64,000 nucleotides of DNA, taken from NCBI RefSeq assembly GCF_001194135.2, contig NC_068983.1, positions 65,979,292 to 66,043,291 of the forward strand, in the 5' to 3' direction. Below, one piece after another: positions 13,330 through 25,993 of the stretch. The translations under genes and the position numbers were made by a program. The notes under the pieces were generated by a model. That model was not told where the DNA came from, made no database searches, and saw only the letters and a program-made list of their open reading frames with translations. The DNA comes from Octopus bimaculoides (Eukaryota). Position 1 is the stretch's first letter, and each line of letters begins with the position of its first letter.

Positions 13330-13620
13330 AAAACATTATTGACAATTACTTCGAAGTTTCGGCAATTTAGGTCATCGTCTGACTGTGATGCATTGAAGGT
13401 GATGTTGGCTTTACATGGTCTCTGCTAAGTTAAAATAAGTTAAAATCGTCCTTGGGTATGTAAGTTTGAGTGGAGGGGCAACTAGGTTTTAGCGTGGGTT
13501 GTTATGAAGAGGCATTTTGGAGAAATTTTTATTGATTAACTTTGGGTTGTTTCAAACTTTAAAATTTATTCATGTATGTAGAACTTTGTAAGCATGTGCG
13601 AATACTTAAGTACTTCCTTT
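13330..13620 (-). mobile_element. Penelope-like element 3' terminus containing a minimal hammerhead motif
   Basis: Follows a degenerate PLE-like ORF end. Minus strand 13386-13342 reads ACAGT-CAGACGA-TGAC..TTGCC-GAAAC-TTCGAA-GTA-ATTGT. Confidence 0.55.
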
Positions 13621-13625
13621 TTAGT

Positions 13626-14034
13626 AGGTAGCGTGGCTGTATGGTAAGAAGCTTACTTTCCAACCACATAGTTCCAGGTTCAGACCCATTACGTGGCACC
13701 TTGAGCAAGTGTCTTCTACTATAGCCTCGGACCGACCAAAGCCTTGTGAGTGGATTTGGTAGACGGAAACTGAAAGAAGCCCGTCTTATATATATATGTA
13801 TATATTTATGTGTATGTGCCTATGTTTTCCCCCCACCCGGCCCGACATTGCTTGACAACCGATGTTGGTGTGTTTATGTCACCGTAACTTTAGCGTTCAG
13901 CAAAAGGGATCGATAGAAAAAGTGCTAGGCTTACAAAGGATAAGTCCTGGGGTCGACTTCTTCGACTAAAAACCCTTTAAGGTGGCGCTCCATCGTGGCC
14001 ACATTTAAGTGAGTGAAACAAAAGAATAAAAGAA
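13626..14034 (+). mobile_element. SINE family B
   Basis: Colinear with 2671-3078 (head, GGATTTGGTAGACGGAAACTGAAAGAAGCCCGTC, internal AT tract, tail). Confidence 0.85.
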
Positions 14035-14146
14035 TATATATATATCCATGCATACATAGATACATACGTCTGTATAAAACCAATCTTAGGATTTTAAATA
14101 GAATCAATAATGTAGAATTTTAGCTCACATAAAAATAAGTACATGC

Positions 14147-14195
<49 letters not shown>

Positions 14196-14213
14196 TGTGT
14201 GTGTGTGTTTGTT

Positions 14214-14249
<36 letters not shown>

Positions 14250-14848
14250 GTTTCAGATTACGATGACATTTACCTATCTTCTGTCTTGTATGAAACATTA
14301 AAGATTCTTCCATTCTGTTCCTTTTCTTTCACATACACATTTCTACCGTAGCTCTAATGGATTATTAACATTTTATTGGGTACTCTCCACTCGTTTATAG
14401 ATGAATTGAAATATGTGTAGCTATTACACACACACACACATACACACACACGTTTGTGTGTGTTGGTTTGTATTTCTGACAATACGTATTCGTTCACTTA
14501 TTTTTCTATATTTTATTAAGATATTAACAAGTTCGTTAATGTTAAATGCTTTTATTCTCTCCTTTTTTTAATTCTTCATCTGTGAAAAGAATCTAAAAAC
14601 CTTTTTAGCAAGTATTCTATATTGACGTTCTCTGTCTTTATGGGTCCTCACTGTCCTCATCCATCTATACATATTTATTAGCGGTTTTAATGTACACTGA
14701 ACATACAAATATGTAATTCTTATTTATAGAGGGTTTCTGATTACATTTTTAAATAATATAACGATGAGTCTGACAATTTACACTGTTTTCATTAACAGAA
14801 ATAATCACAGTAGAGTTACATTCAATGATGAAGAAGTAGTTTGCTGCT

Positions 14849-15065
14849 AGGCGAGCTGGCAGAATTGTTGGCCTGTCGGACAAAATACTTAGCGGCATTT
14901 TCCGGTATTTTACCTTCAGAGTTCAAATGCCATTAATGTCAACTTTGATTTTCATTTTGTCGGAGTCGATAAGATATAATTTCATTAAAGTAGTGGAGTC
15001 GATGTAATCGAGTCCCCTTTCTATCCCCAAACTTGCTGACTTCGTGTCATAGTTTGAAAAATTAT
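14849..15065 (+). mobile_element. SINE family A
   Basis: AGGCGAGCTGGCAGAATTG...GTCGATGTAATCGAG...GTTTGAAAAATTATT. Confidence 0.8.
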
Positions 15066-15486
15066 TATCCGTCCGAAGAAACAAGAGAAAGACAACTCAA
15101 AAGTATATGACTTACATTAGCCTTTATCGTGCATAGTATATCTAGCCCTCTAGTAAACTTGCTAACTATATTAAAATGTTTCTAAAATGCTTTCGAAAAG
15201 AGGCTTCAACCATCTATTTGTCTAACAGAATGATGGGACTTTATATTTTCAATATTTTCATCTGCAATAACAGAAATTTAGTTAAATTCTGCCATTAGAT
15301 AAAAATAACATTGTTAGCTAACACTATTCTTTAATTGAACAAGGGAGGCACCTCTGACTGTTTTTTTCTTTTAATTCCAGATTTGCATTAAGTATTGGAA
15401 TTCTTGAGTCATATGCATGTAGTATGCTTCGGGTTTCTTTGATTTTGTTTTTGTTTTGTTGGGGGGGGGTTTTTTTGCATATCTCT

Positions 15487-15795
15487 GAAGGCGCATGGTT
15501 CAGTGGTTAGAGCATCGAGCTTACGATGTTGTGTTCTTGAGCTGCATGTTGTGTTCTTGAGCTGCATGTTGTGTTCTTGAGCAAGACACTATTTCACTTT
15601 GCTCTAGTTAACTCAGCTGTAGAAATGAGTTGCGACATCACTGGTGCCAAGCTGTATCGGCGTTTGCTTTTCCCTTGGTGTGGAGAGGGGAGGCTTGTAT
15701 GCATAGATGACTGCTGGCCTTCCACAAACAACAATGCCCGGACTTGTGCTCGGAGGGTAACTTTCTAAGTGCAATCCCATGGTCATTCATGGGAT
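15487..15795 (+). mobile_element. tRNA-headed SINE family D, with a triplicated 20-mer
   Basis: GAAGGCGCATGGTTCAGTGGTTAGAGC head, TGTTGTGTTCTTGAGC(TGCA) three times at about 15527-15582, and a related head at 40845. Confidence 0.65.
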
Positions 15796-15796
15796 G

Positions 15797-16490
15797 CAAC
15801 CGCATGTGTAGGTTATGTCATGCTTCTGTGGAATACATCACGCATGTGATTAGCAGCTGTCCTAAAATGTCGTCACGGTACTACTTCTCTATACGGCACG
15901 ATGTTGTTGCTAAAACAACTTACAATGCCATCCGGAAAAAAAGACTGTCCTGAAACAAACTTAGAAAATCCTTATTATGGAATATATTCATAAACACCAA
16001 CTCAAGGAACACTGATGGGATATTCCCATCAAAATTTCTGTCAAATGTAAACATAACATACCGGATATTGTTGCTTGGGACAGAGGGACAAAGGTATGTA
16101 CCATCATAGAGGTCAGCTGCCTAGCAGATATCTCTTTAAAAATCAAAGGAAAAGAAGATATCTATGTACAACTACTTAGAAACATCCACTTTCTATATGC
16201 GGATTATGAATTCATATTCATACCATTAATAATTGGAGCATTAAGTTTGTTAGTAAATGCTTAAAGGAAAATCTGGATAAACTGGGATTTTCAGAAAGAG
16301 AAATCGACCAGCTAAATCATACATTACAAGTGCAATCTGTGAGTGTAACAGTAAAAATATGCAAGACTTTTCTCAAGTTCCAAATGTGAATTTTTCTGTG
16401 TTAACTAAACCCCAAAGATGGAGCCTTGTATCTTTGTTGGAAACTGACTCCCTCCTCAGTAGGAGATTTATAATAAAAAAATAGAAGAGA
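15797..16490 (+). mobile_element. R4/Dong-like non-LTR retrotransposon, 3' end (CCHC finger plus restriction-like endonuclease)
   Basis: CRLCHASVEYITHVISSC (CCHC), IRHDVVAK (RHD motif), HNIPDIVAWD...IIEVSC (PD..E), FIPLIIGAL. Ends in a (CATA)n tract. Confidence 0.9.
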
Positions 16491-17479
16491 CATACATACA
16501 TACATACACACATACATGCACACATACATACACACATACATGCACACATACATACACACATATATACTGCTTAATAGTATCCAATTGACTGGTAAACTTA
16601 TATTCTACTGAATTTATTGGGAAAAATTATGCACCAGAACATCAGAACAGTTTATATTATTTGTAGATGTTTATTGTTTCCCGAAAAGAATTGTCTTTCT
16701 ACGTGAAGTGTGGAATAGTTGATGGTTGTCAATTATAATTCTTTTGAAATCTATGATGCGTCTTAGAAATATAAATCGACCACAATAATTGACTGATACT
16801 TTATTTCTTCGACTTGATGGCGGTGAAGTGAGATCTCAGTGCGTGAAGAACTGTAACCAAATACCACTAGGCATTTTCGTGGGAGACTTTAGCGATTCAA
16901 CCAATCCACTGAAACATAAAATAACGAAAGTATTTATTTAGAAAACTCTACATGGAGATAGTATGAATGACAATAAATAAACAAAACAACGCATAAGATC
17001 ACAACCTAGTAACAAACTGACACCAGACATCAGTGTCAAATTATTTACTGGCTGTTGAATGAAACTGAACGTCAAAGTTCAAAACATTCAAACTCGGTGG
17101 CAACGAATGAGAAACAAATGGAAAATATTTCGTATTATTCTCACCTATACTAAAAGAAAAATAACAACAGCTACTAATATTTTTTCATCCGAATGATGTA
17201 ACCAAGACGATCTTGAAATTGTCACGGAAACGTAATGGGGCAAACAAAACATGGTAGACTTATAAAGAAATGTAAAATCAGTAGTGCAAAGTTGTGGCTT
17301 CAATAATTTGTGTTTCAAATAAAGTCATTTTCCATCAACATACCCACCTAACCAAAACTGAAATATGCATGTGAATATACATATCAATGTGTACGTATAC
17401 ATATATAATCTTAATACAGTACATATGGTGAAATACAACCCCCTCCACACACACACACGTGGGGAGGGGTGGTATCAAT

Positions 17480-20150
17480 GAAGAGAGAAGGTAGGTAGGA
17501 GTGAAGAGAGGAGGGGAGTTGAGCCCATGTGACGCAAAGGAGCGAAGAGAGAAGATTAAATCCTGTTCATATGGCGAAGGCGGGGGTCCGGATGGACCCT
17601 GTGCAAAGACGGTCCGAACACAGACAGGTGTTGTAGTCAATGACCGGTAGAGCGGAAATGGTGCGAGACCGGGTTGTCATTGCCGAGTCTGATGTCTTAG
17701 AGTTACTCCGCGAACCGGTCAGCTAAGCGGCGTCTCTTTTGACCGATGTACAGAGAAGGGCAGAAAGAGCAGGAGATGCAGTAAATGACGTTGTTAGAAG
17801 TGCAGGTAAATGAGTCGGTGATATGATAGGGATGATGATGGTGCCTGTGAGGGTGGTGGTGTTGGAGTGGTAGGAGCAAGTGCTGCAGCGTGGGTAAAAA
17901 CTGTAGACCAGGAGGTCATGCTGGTTGTGGACTCGTTCGAAGGAAGGAAGAGGTAGATTGGAGAAGATGTGTGAAGTGGAGAGGTTGGACTGGAGTCACC
18001 GGAAGGCTCGGAGAATAGTGCGTTGGAGAGGCAGGGTAGAGGGGTGGTAGGTGAGTCGAAATGAGAGACGGGCAACAGCGAAGTGGGTGCAGGAAGAGAG
18101 AGCGGTGGCACGGTCCACGGAACGTGCTCTGGCAAGGGTTGCGTGGATAATGAGGGGATATCCACTGAGGATGAAGTGGTGAACCATGAGTTGAGACTGA
18201 GTCTCTAAGCCATGGTTATCACTGCAGAGCCTGCACCGACGGAGGAATTGTGAGTTATGGATGGAGAGCTTAGAATGGGTAGGATTGGAGGAGGAGAAGT
18301 TAAGGTAAGGGTGTGAGTCAGTGTGTTTGTAGTGAATGGAGGTAGTGAGAGAAGAGTTGTGTATATTGACCGAAATGTTGTGAAATGTGAGGGAACTGTT
18401 GGAAATAGTGCAGGAGAATTCGAGGGCAAGATGGAAGGACTGGACAAAGAGAGAGGAAGCAGTCTAGTTGTTCACGGGAGAGTGAAATCGCACAGAAAGT
18501 GAGGTCGCACGGGAGAGTGATGTCGCACGGGAGAGTGAGGTCGCACGGGAGAGTGAGGTCGCACAGAGTGAGGTCGCACAGAGTGAGGTCGCACAGAGTG
18601 AGGTCGCACAGAGTGAGGTCGCGCAAAGTGAAGTCGCACAGAATGAGGTCGCACAGAGTGAGGTCGCACAGAGTGAGGTCGCACATAAACATCAGCATAA
18701 CGTCCGTATATTTCAGGAGTGGGCCCAGTGAATCTTGAGAATAATTGGGCCTCANNNNNNNNNNNNNNNNNNNNNNNNNNNNNNNNNNNNNNNNNNNNNN
18801 NNNNNNNNNNNNNNNNNNNNNNNNNNNNNNNNNNNNNNNNNNNNNNNNNNNNNNNNNNNNNNNNNNNNNNNNNNNNNNNNNNNNNNNNNNNNNNNNNNNN
18901 NNNNNNNNNNNNNNNNNNNNNNNNNNNNNNNNNNNNNNNNNNNNNNNNNNNNNNNNNNNNNNNNNNNNNNNNNNNNNNNNNNNNNNNNNNNNNNNNNNNN
19001 NNNNNNNNNNNNNNNNNNNNNNNNNNNNNNNNNNNNNNNNNNNNNNNNNNNNNNNNNNNNNNNNNNNNNNNNNNNNNNNNNNNNNNNNNNNNNNNNNNNN
19101 NNNNNNNNNNNNNNNNNNNNNNNNNNNNNNNNNNNNNNNNNNNNNNNNNNNNNNNNNNNNNNNNNNNNNNNNNNNNNNNNNNNNNNNNNNNNNNNNNNNN
19201 NNNNNNNNNNNNNNNNNNNNNNNNNNNNNNNNNNNNNNNNNNNNNNNNNNNNNNNNNNNNNNNNNNNNNNNNNNNNNNNNNNNNNNNNNNNNNNNNNNNN
19301 NNNNNNNNNNNNNNNNNNNNNNNNNNNNNNNNNNNNNNNNNNNNNNNNNNNNNNNNNNNNNNNNNNNNNNNNNNNNNNNNNNNNNNNNNNNNNNNNNNNN
19401 NNNNNNNNNNNNNNNNNNNNNNNNNNNNNNNNNNNNNNNNNNNNNNNNNNNNNNNNNNNNNNNNNNNNNNNNNNNNNNNNNNNNNNNNNNNNNNNNNNNN
19501 NNNNNCGGTCAGTTTTATGATGGTGTCTTTGCGGCGTCGGTGACATCGAAGGGCCGAGAGTTCGACCGGTGAGATGTTGAATCGTCGGGGACGCCTGCGA
19601 AAGATAAACTGGTCCATAACACGTTGGCAGACGCTTGCAAAATGATCAACTTCTTAGAACTGGCCAGGAGCTAGGGTCCAGTGGGATAGTCGGCGGCCCA
19701 GATCGGCGGCCCAGATCGGTGACGCAGTCCTCTTCATTAGATGCAGGTGGAGTGTTGTGGAATAGTGCATATAGCCTGACGCGGCGCACAAAGCTACAAA
19801 TATCAGCACGGGTCTGAAATTCATCACTGGATGGAGTGGGGGAGATAAAGCGCAGACCCTTACTGAGAAGAGAGAAAGATCAGGAGGAATGGTAACAACA
19901 AACTGAAGTAGGGAGGGGTGGATGAGTTAAACGTGGGAGGGTTGTGGGGGCAGTGGGAGGCTAGGAGGCAGTGGAAGGCTGGGAGGAGAGAGAGGAGAAT
20001 AAGTGCGTGGGAAAGGTTGGAGTAACGGAAGAGTTCGGGTGAGGATGAGGGGGAGTGTATCGGGGAAGGAGAGGAATGGGAAGGGGCGAGAGTAGTAGCA
20101 TCGGGTGGGACAGAATGTTGGAGTCAGTGGAGTTGATGTTGCTTAGTACG
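17480..20150 (-). mobile_element. Neptune-type Penelope-like element (RT plus GIY-YIG), disrupted, with a gap at 18755-19505
   Basis: N-terminal LSKGLRFIPTP and NISPVELSALR...IIK; RT FTGPTPEIYGRYAD (degenerate YIDD); thumb HYKHTDSH..L; endonuclease ITDSFTCTSNNVIYCISCSFCPSLYIGQKRRRLADRFAE. Confidence 0.92.
18473..18685. repeat. 15/18-bp minisatellite inside the PLE RT
   Basis: About 8 units of CACAGAGTGAGGTCG plus about 4 units of CACGGGAGAGTGAGGTCG and one 17-nt unit. Confidence 0.95.
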
Positions 20151-21214
20151 AGCGAGGAGCTCATGGAAAATATGATTTAAATAGATTATGAAGCGTAGAA
20201 TCGAAGGTGCAAAACGTGAAAGACAGGAGAAAAGGGTGGAATAAGCGAGAGTACTTATGTATCACTTCGAAAATCTAAGAGCTTACACTTGTATACATGT
20301 GTGTGTGTTCTCATTTTATATATATGTAGTTTATATTCATGGAACCAGAAAATATATATATATACATACACGCACACACACATACATATATATGTATATA
20401 TATATATATATATATATNNNNNNNNNNNNNNNNNNNNNNNNNNNNNNNNNNNNNNNNNNNNNNNNNNNNNNNNNNNNNNNNNNNNNNNNNNNNNNNNNNN
20501 NNNNNNNNNNNNNNNNNNNNNNNNNNNNNNNNNNNNNNNNNNNNNNNNNNNNNNNNNNNNNNNNNNNNNNNNNNNNNNNNNNNNNNNNNNNNNNNNNNNN
20601 NNNNNNNNNNNNNNNNNNNNNNNNNNNNNNNNNNNNNNNNNNNNNNNNNNNNNNNNNNNNNNNNNNNNNNNNNNNNNNNNNNNNNNNNNNNNNNNNNNNN
20701 NNNNNNNNNNNNNNNNNNNNNNNNNNNNNNNNNNNNNNNNNNNNNNNNNNNNNNNNNNNNNNNNNNNNNNNNNNNNNNNNNNNNNNNNNNNNNNNNNNNN
20801 NNNNNNNNNNNNNNNNNNNNNNNNNNNNNNNNNNNNNNNNNNNNNNNNNNNNNNNNNNNNNNNNNNNNNNNNNNNNNNNNNNNNNNNNNNNNNNNNNNNN
20901 NNNNNNNNNNNNNNNNNNNNNNNNNNNNNNNNNNNNNNNNNNNNNNNNNNNNNNNNNNNNNNNNNNNNNNNNNNNNNNNNNNNNNNNNNNNNNNNNNNNN
21001 NNNNNNNNNNNNNNNNNNNNNNNNNNNNNNNNNNNNNNNNNNNNNNNNNNNNNNNNNNNNNNNNNNNNNNNNNNNNNNNNNNNNNNNNNNNNNNNNNNNN
21101 NNNNNNNNNNNNNNNNNNNNNNNNNNNNNNNNNNNNNNNNNNNNNNNNNNNNNNNNNNNNNNNNNNNNNNNNNNNNNNNNNNNNNNNNNNNNNNNNNNNN
21201 NNNNNNNNAAAGAA

Positions 21215-22170
21215 CACAATGGTGAAATAAAACAATATTTCTTCGAAGATATCGAATTTTTCGTACCTGCGGCGTCACAAACTTCGCAGACATATGAGTT
21301 CACTGTCGAACAATGAGTGCCATAGTGCCGATTATTCCCTTGCTTAAAACAGGACCGAGTACCTTCTATAGGGTGTTCAAAAAGTCTGTCCGCAGTAAGT
21401 AGTTTATTGCAAAATAAATATTTATAAGATGGTGTAAGTCTACAAATGAATATATTAGACTTTACAAGACCTTAAAATCTTTATAAGAGGTGTTGAAAGT
21501 GTCGTCCTTCATTTTCAATACATAAGTTGACTCTTCTACACATGATTTGACTGTGTGAAGGTTATGATTGCGTCTTTTAGCTCATTAATAGTTTTCGGGC
21601 GATTCCTATACACTGATCCTTTACTTGGTCCTCAGAAAAAAAATCTGGCGGTGTTAAATTAGATGCTTTTGGTGTCCAAAATCCCTTCAAAATAATCCAT
21701 TCAGCGAAAAACTCTTGGAGAGTCGGGATGCAAAACATTCACTGCGGAGAGACATTTTGAACACCCTGTATTTGTTGAGTATGGGTCCCGTCTTGTAAGT
21801 TTACAAATTCGACACTGTTTTACAGTTCTATGGTGAAATTGGTACCATGGTATCTCGGGAAAATGCGACTCTTAGCCCCACAGATCACTGTAAATAATTG
21901 TTCCCGGCAGAACTGATTGTCGAACGCAATCTTCGAGTGTTTCACGATCTCGAGAAGGCACAGCGAAATGAAATAAATTATTCTCAAGTTTCGCAATACA
22001 CATCGCTGAAGACCCAGTGTTCGGGTTGCATTCGAATTCCCGTTGTATTTTCTCCTCGAAAATACAATTTTATTTATTTCAACAATTTTGCTAGGACCAC
22101 GACCAATCTTCATTGGATTGCGAAGCAAATGTTCCGCGCAGTTTTCCCGTAAATAATAGTTATAGTTTAC
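21215..22170 (-). mobile_element. Merlin (IS1016/ISXO2-like) transposase fragment, interrupted by a MITE
   Basis: PMKIGRGPSKIVEINKIVFSRRKYN (compare IGGPGxIVEIDESKFxKRKYN), then KTG-HTQQ|IEGT...YVCE..RRRYEKFDIFEEIL across the insertion. Confidence 0.85.
21369..21768 (-). mobile_element. Tc1/mariner deletion derivative, 400 bp, TA target duplication
   Basis: 28-bp imperfect TIRs (TAGGGTGTTCAAAAAGTCTGTCCGCAGT and CAGGGTGTTCAAAATGTCTCTCCGCAGT). TA at 21367-21368 and 21769-21770. Internal WTPKASNLTPPDFF matches WPPRSPDLTPxDFFLWG. Confidence 0.9.
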
Positions 22171-23601
22171 CAATCCCTGATTCGTCCTTGTAAATCCTAA
22201 TAGTTGTCTATGCTTCCATCCACAGCAGTATGAGTAAACAACAATATATAGGAGTTGCTATGACAACAAACAGTCTCGACTACCGCTGTGAGGACACTGG
22301 CTTGAAATGCATTGACTAAAAATGCATAAATTTTAAAACCTTTAATTTATTTTCCAATATAATGAATATGATGTTCGTCATCAACCAGCAAAACTAAATC
22401 AAAGTACATGCTTTGAAAATGTTCAGATTAAAATTTGTGGTTGATAGAAAACGTAAAACAAAACAAGATCCTTGGCTTTAATTCAAAGGTGGTTGTGTTT
22501 CGCTGTTTGTGTGTGAGAGTGTGTGTGAGTGTGTATACGTGCGTGTACGCCCGCGTGTGTATCTTTGTGTCTATTTTATTTATATGTGTAATGAATATCT
22601 GTTGTTGCTGTTAATGCTATTCGGAGACCGGCATATCAAATAATAGATTCAACGTTTCTCCTGCTAGTCGTAAAACGTAACTAAAAGAGATTGAGGTAGG
22701 ATTCTGCCATTGTAAACCTTTCACCAGCAACGACTACCCAAATAGTCCCATGGGTTGTAGGGTTGCCGCCTGAGTGGTGCAAAGGCTTCATCTGGTTGAT
22801 GGAGTGACGCTCTGCCTCAGTGCATGGCCCCATACTACTACTACTACTGTTGTTGTTGTTGTTGTTGATGTCGTTTTAACCGCAAGCAAACTCATCGAGT
22901 AAATCTATGATCAGCAGTATTCTAGCCCTGATCATTTAGCGGTACATACTGAGAAAACTGAAATATCTAATATGTCCTTCTCATGTATATGACTGCAGTG
23001 TGTAGTTTGAGAAAGATTAGGGTACTGTTTCTGGCAGGTAGAATGATCACGTTGTCTCCAGTGAGTATCTGTTGAATGTGGAATTGTATGTCTTTGTTAT
23101 CAAGTGTAATTTATTATATGTATTTATTATAGCTGGCGCTTCATCGTAATATGTCTAAAAAGACGTAAAATTTACTCTATTCTCAAAAAAGATAAAGATA
23201 AGTTATAGAAATATAACAGTACACAAATAACCATAAAAGAACGATGATAAAATCATTTTTCGTGTTAATTCAAGTAACATTTGAAAGAAACAAACGAAGT
23301 TATCTGACAACCCTATATTAAATACACAACTATGTTCTAACTTCATCTCACTTTATTAACGAAACCACATGGTAGCTAAGAAAAATTTTAACCCCCATTT
23401 ATGACTGGACCTGTATATATTCATGCACATACACACACACACACATACACACTCACACATATATATATATGGTTCACAGATGAGATTCGAAGATTCTCCG
23501 TATAGAAGACACAAAGTAGTGCTCAAAAGATTCAGACTTAGAGCCCGATGTCTTTACAGAGGATCATTCCACAAGGTAAAGAAAGGCTATAAGAGGAATC
23601 A

Positions 23602-23908
23602 AGTGGAAAATTAGAATAAGCACAAGAATAAACTATTAGCTCTTTCGTACGTTTCACCATTGCAGTTATTTGGAACTCAGCATTTGATGCACCTATTATA
23701 TTTGAATGCTTAACCACAATGGATCACCAGAACATTTTATTGCATTCTCTATTCTCTGTAATAGTATACAATGAAGTTTTCGCCCGAAGATCCATTGCGG
23801 TTCGACATTCAAATGTTATGTATCTAATGCTGAGCTCCAAATAAGTGCAATGGTGGAAAGTACGCAGGAGCTAATAATTTGTATTTGTGCTTATCATAAT
23901 TTTCCACT
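23602..23908. mobile_element. Foldback/MITE-like hairpin element, arms about 120 bp
   Basis: AGTGGAAAATTA...CACCATTGCAGTTATTTGGAACTCAGCAT...CAATGGATC (23602-23725) is the imperfect reverse complement of 23789-23908. Confidence 0.8.
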
Positions 23909-25430
23909 ATATATAAATGTGTGTGTGTATATAGATATATATATATATATATATATATATNNNNNNNNNNNNNNNNNNNNNNNNNNNNNNNNNNNNNNNN
24001 NNNNNNNNNNNNNNNNNNNNNNNNNNNNNNNNNNNNNNNNNNNNNNNNNNNNNNNNNNNNNNNNNNNNNNNNNNNNNNNNNNNNNNNNNNNNNNNNNNNN
24101 NNNNNNNNNNNNNNNNNNNNNNNNNNNNNNNNNNNNNNNNNNNNNNNNNNNNNNNNNNNNNNNNNNNNNNNNNNATACATACATAGTGAGAATTTACTAA
24201 AAAAAACAAAAGACGAAGACGGGTGTGTAAGCAACAAACAGATGTATTAGTTTAACGCTCGGGAAGTGAGAAAGTCTTTTACCTTTCGAGTCAACGGTGA
24301 GTTTCTTTCTGTTTCCGAATACCAAATCAACTCGCGTGGCTTTATTCGGCCCGAAGCTATAGTAGAAAATATTTGCCGTTGGTGCCACGTAATGAGACTG
24401 AACTCGGAACCATATGGTTGGAAAGCAACCGTCTTACCACACAGCTCTGCCTAAGTAATTTTATTTTAACACGCTTCAGCACTTGAAATAATTCGAATGT
24501 TTATACTAAATTAATCCCAATTTTGCAAGCCTCAGCATACTCCAGCAAATGTGTCGATTGTTGCTTGCATATATATATACGAACAGGAATTGCAGTCCTG
24601 CACTAAATGTTAGCAGCAGTGTCTACCAATGAGAAGACAAAATCACGCCGAAACTGTATGTCTAGTGGTTTCCTGATATCATTTGGAGCATGGCTTGATG
24701 TGTTTTACGCAAAGAGTCTATACTGAAAATCTTTTTCCGAGACAAAATCCTGCAGTGAATGCCTTTTACGTTGTTGTGTGCAGCAGTATTTTAAAAACAA
24801 CTGTACACATCTTCATTACAATTTCTCTCTGCTTCGAGAGCTTACGCTAAAATTATATATGTTCGCGAGTGTATCTGTATATGAGTACACACATGCGTAT
24901 ACTCATGCACTCATATGTATGTGTGTGTGTGTTTGTGTGTGTGTTTGTGTGTGTGTATGACGATGCGTGTGTGTGTGTATGTGTGTGTGAGTGTGTGTAT
25001 ATGTGTGTGAGTGTGTGTATGTGTGTGTGTGCGCGTGTGTGTGTGTGTGTATGTATGTGTGTGTCACTAGTTTTCAATCTATTCGACTTCGTGACGCATT
25101 GGAAATCAAATCAAAGAAATTACTCTCGCACTTAGCTTGGTAAGATATATAAAACAAAAAGAGAGAGAGAGAGATAGCTTTTAAAATTACATTTCCAGAA
25201 AAAATATAGACTCTTCTTCCTTGTCTCATTATACATACTTGTGTATGACGAAATAATAGACAACATGTTTTTCAAGTATTACTGTGAATATTCTAAAAAT
25301 TAAAATGTTTTTTTTTAAAGTTGCGGTGCAACTAAATACACTTAGCGCAACACCTTTTCCGAATCACTAGCCACCACTAATGTGCGAGTCCAACTGTGTA
25401 CACGTATATGTATGCATGTAGATATATGTC

Positions 25431-25479
<49 letters not shown>

Positions 25480-25518
25480 ACATACATGTATGTGTGTGTG
25501 CATGTGTGTGTGCATGTG

Positions 25519-25709
25519 TTAGTAAGAAGCTTGTAAGTAGCTTGCTTACCAACCATATGGTTCTGGGTTCAGTCCTACTGCGTGGCACCTTGGGCAAGTG
25601 TTTTCTGCTATAGCCTCGGGCCGGCCAAAGCCTTGTGAGTGGATTTGGTAGACGGAAACTGAAAGAAGCCCGTCGTATATATATATATATATATATATAN
25701 NNNNNNNNN

Positions 25710-25757
<48 letters not shown>

Positions 25758-25993
25758 GTGTGTGTGTGTGTGTGTGCTTGTGTATCTGTGTTTGTTCCTC
25801 CTACCATCGCTTGACAACCGATGTTGGTGTGTCTACGTCTCTACGTCCCCATAACTTAGCGGTTCAGTTAAAGTAACCGATAGATTAAGTACTAGGCTTA
25901 CAAAGACTGAGTCTTGGTGTCGATTTGGTCGACTAAAGGCTGTGCTCCAGCATGACCGCAGTTAAATGACTGAAACAAATAAAAGAGTAAAAG
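25519..25993 (+). mobile_element. SINE family B with an expanded internal (AT)n/(GT)n tract
   Basis: Same head, body and tail as 2671 and 13626. The internal tract contains an N-gap. A second 3' half follows at about 26050-26147. Confidence 0.85.

Noticed and set aside
18473-18685. Regular direct repeats as a possible CRISPR array
   Set aside because: The units are contiguous with no unique spacers, in a eukaryotic retroelement context.
22660-22842. GC-richer segment starting GGGGCCA on the minus strand as a possible HDV-like ribozyme
   Set aside because: No complementary P1 3' strand could be found. It is probably an unassigned repeat fragment.
24724-24759. FTAGFCLGKRF on the minus strand, resembling a P450 haem motif
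   Set aside because: It lacks the R-x before Cys and the correct spacing, a stop follows within two codons, and there is no P450 context.
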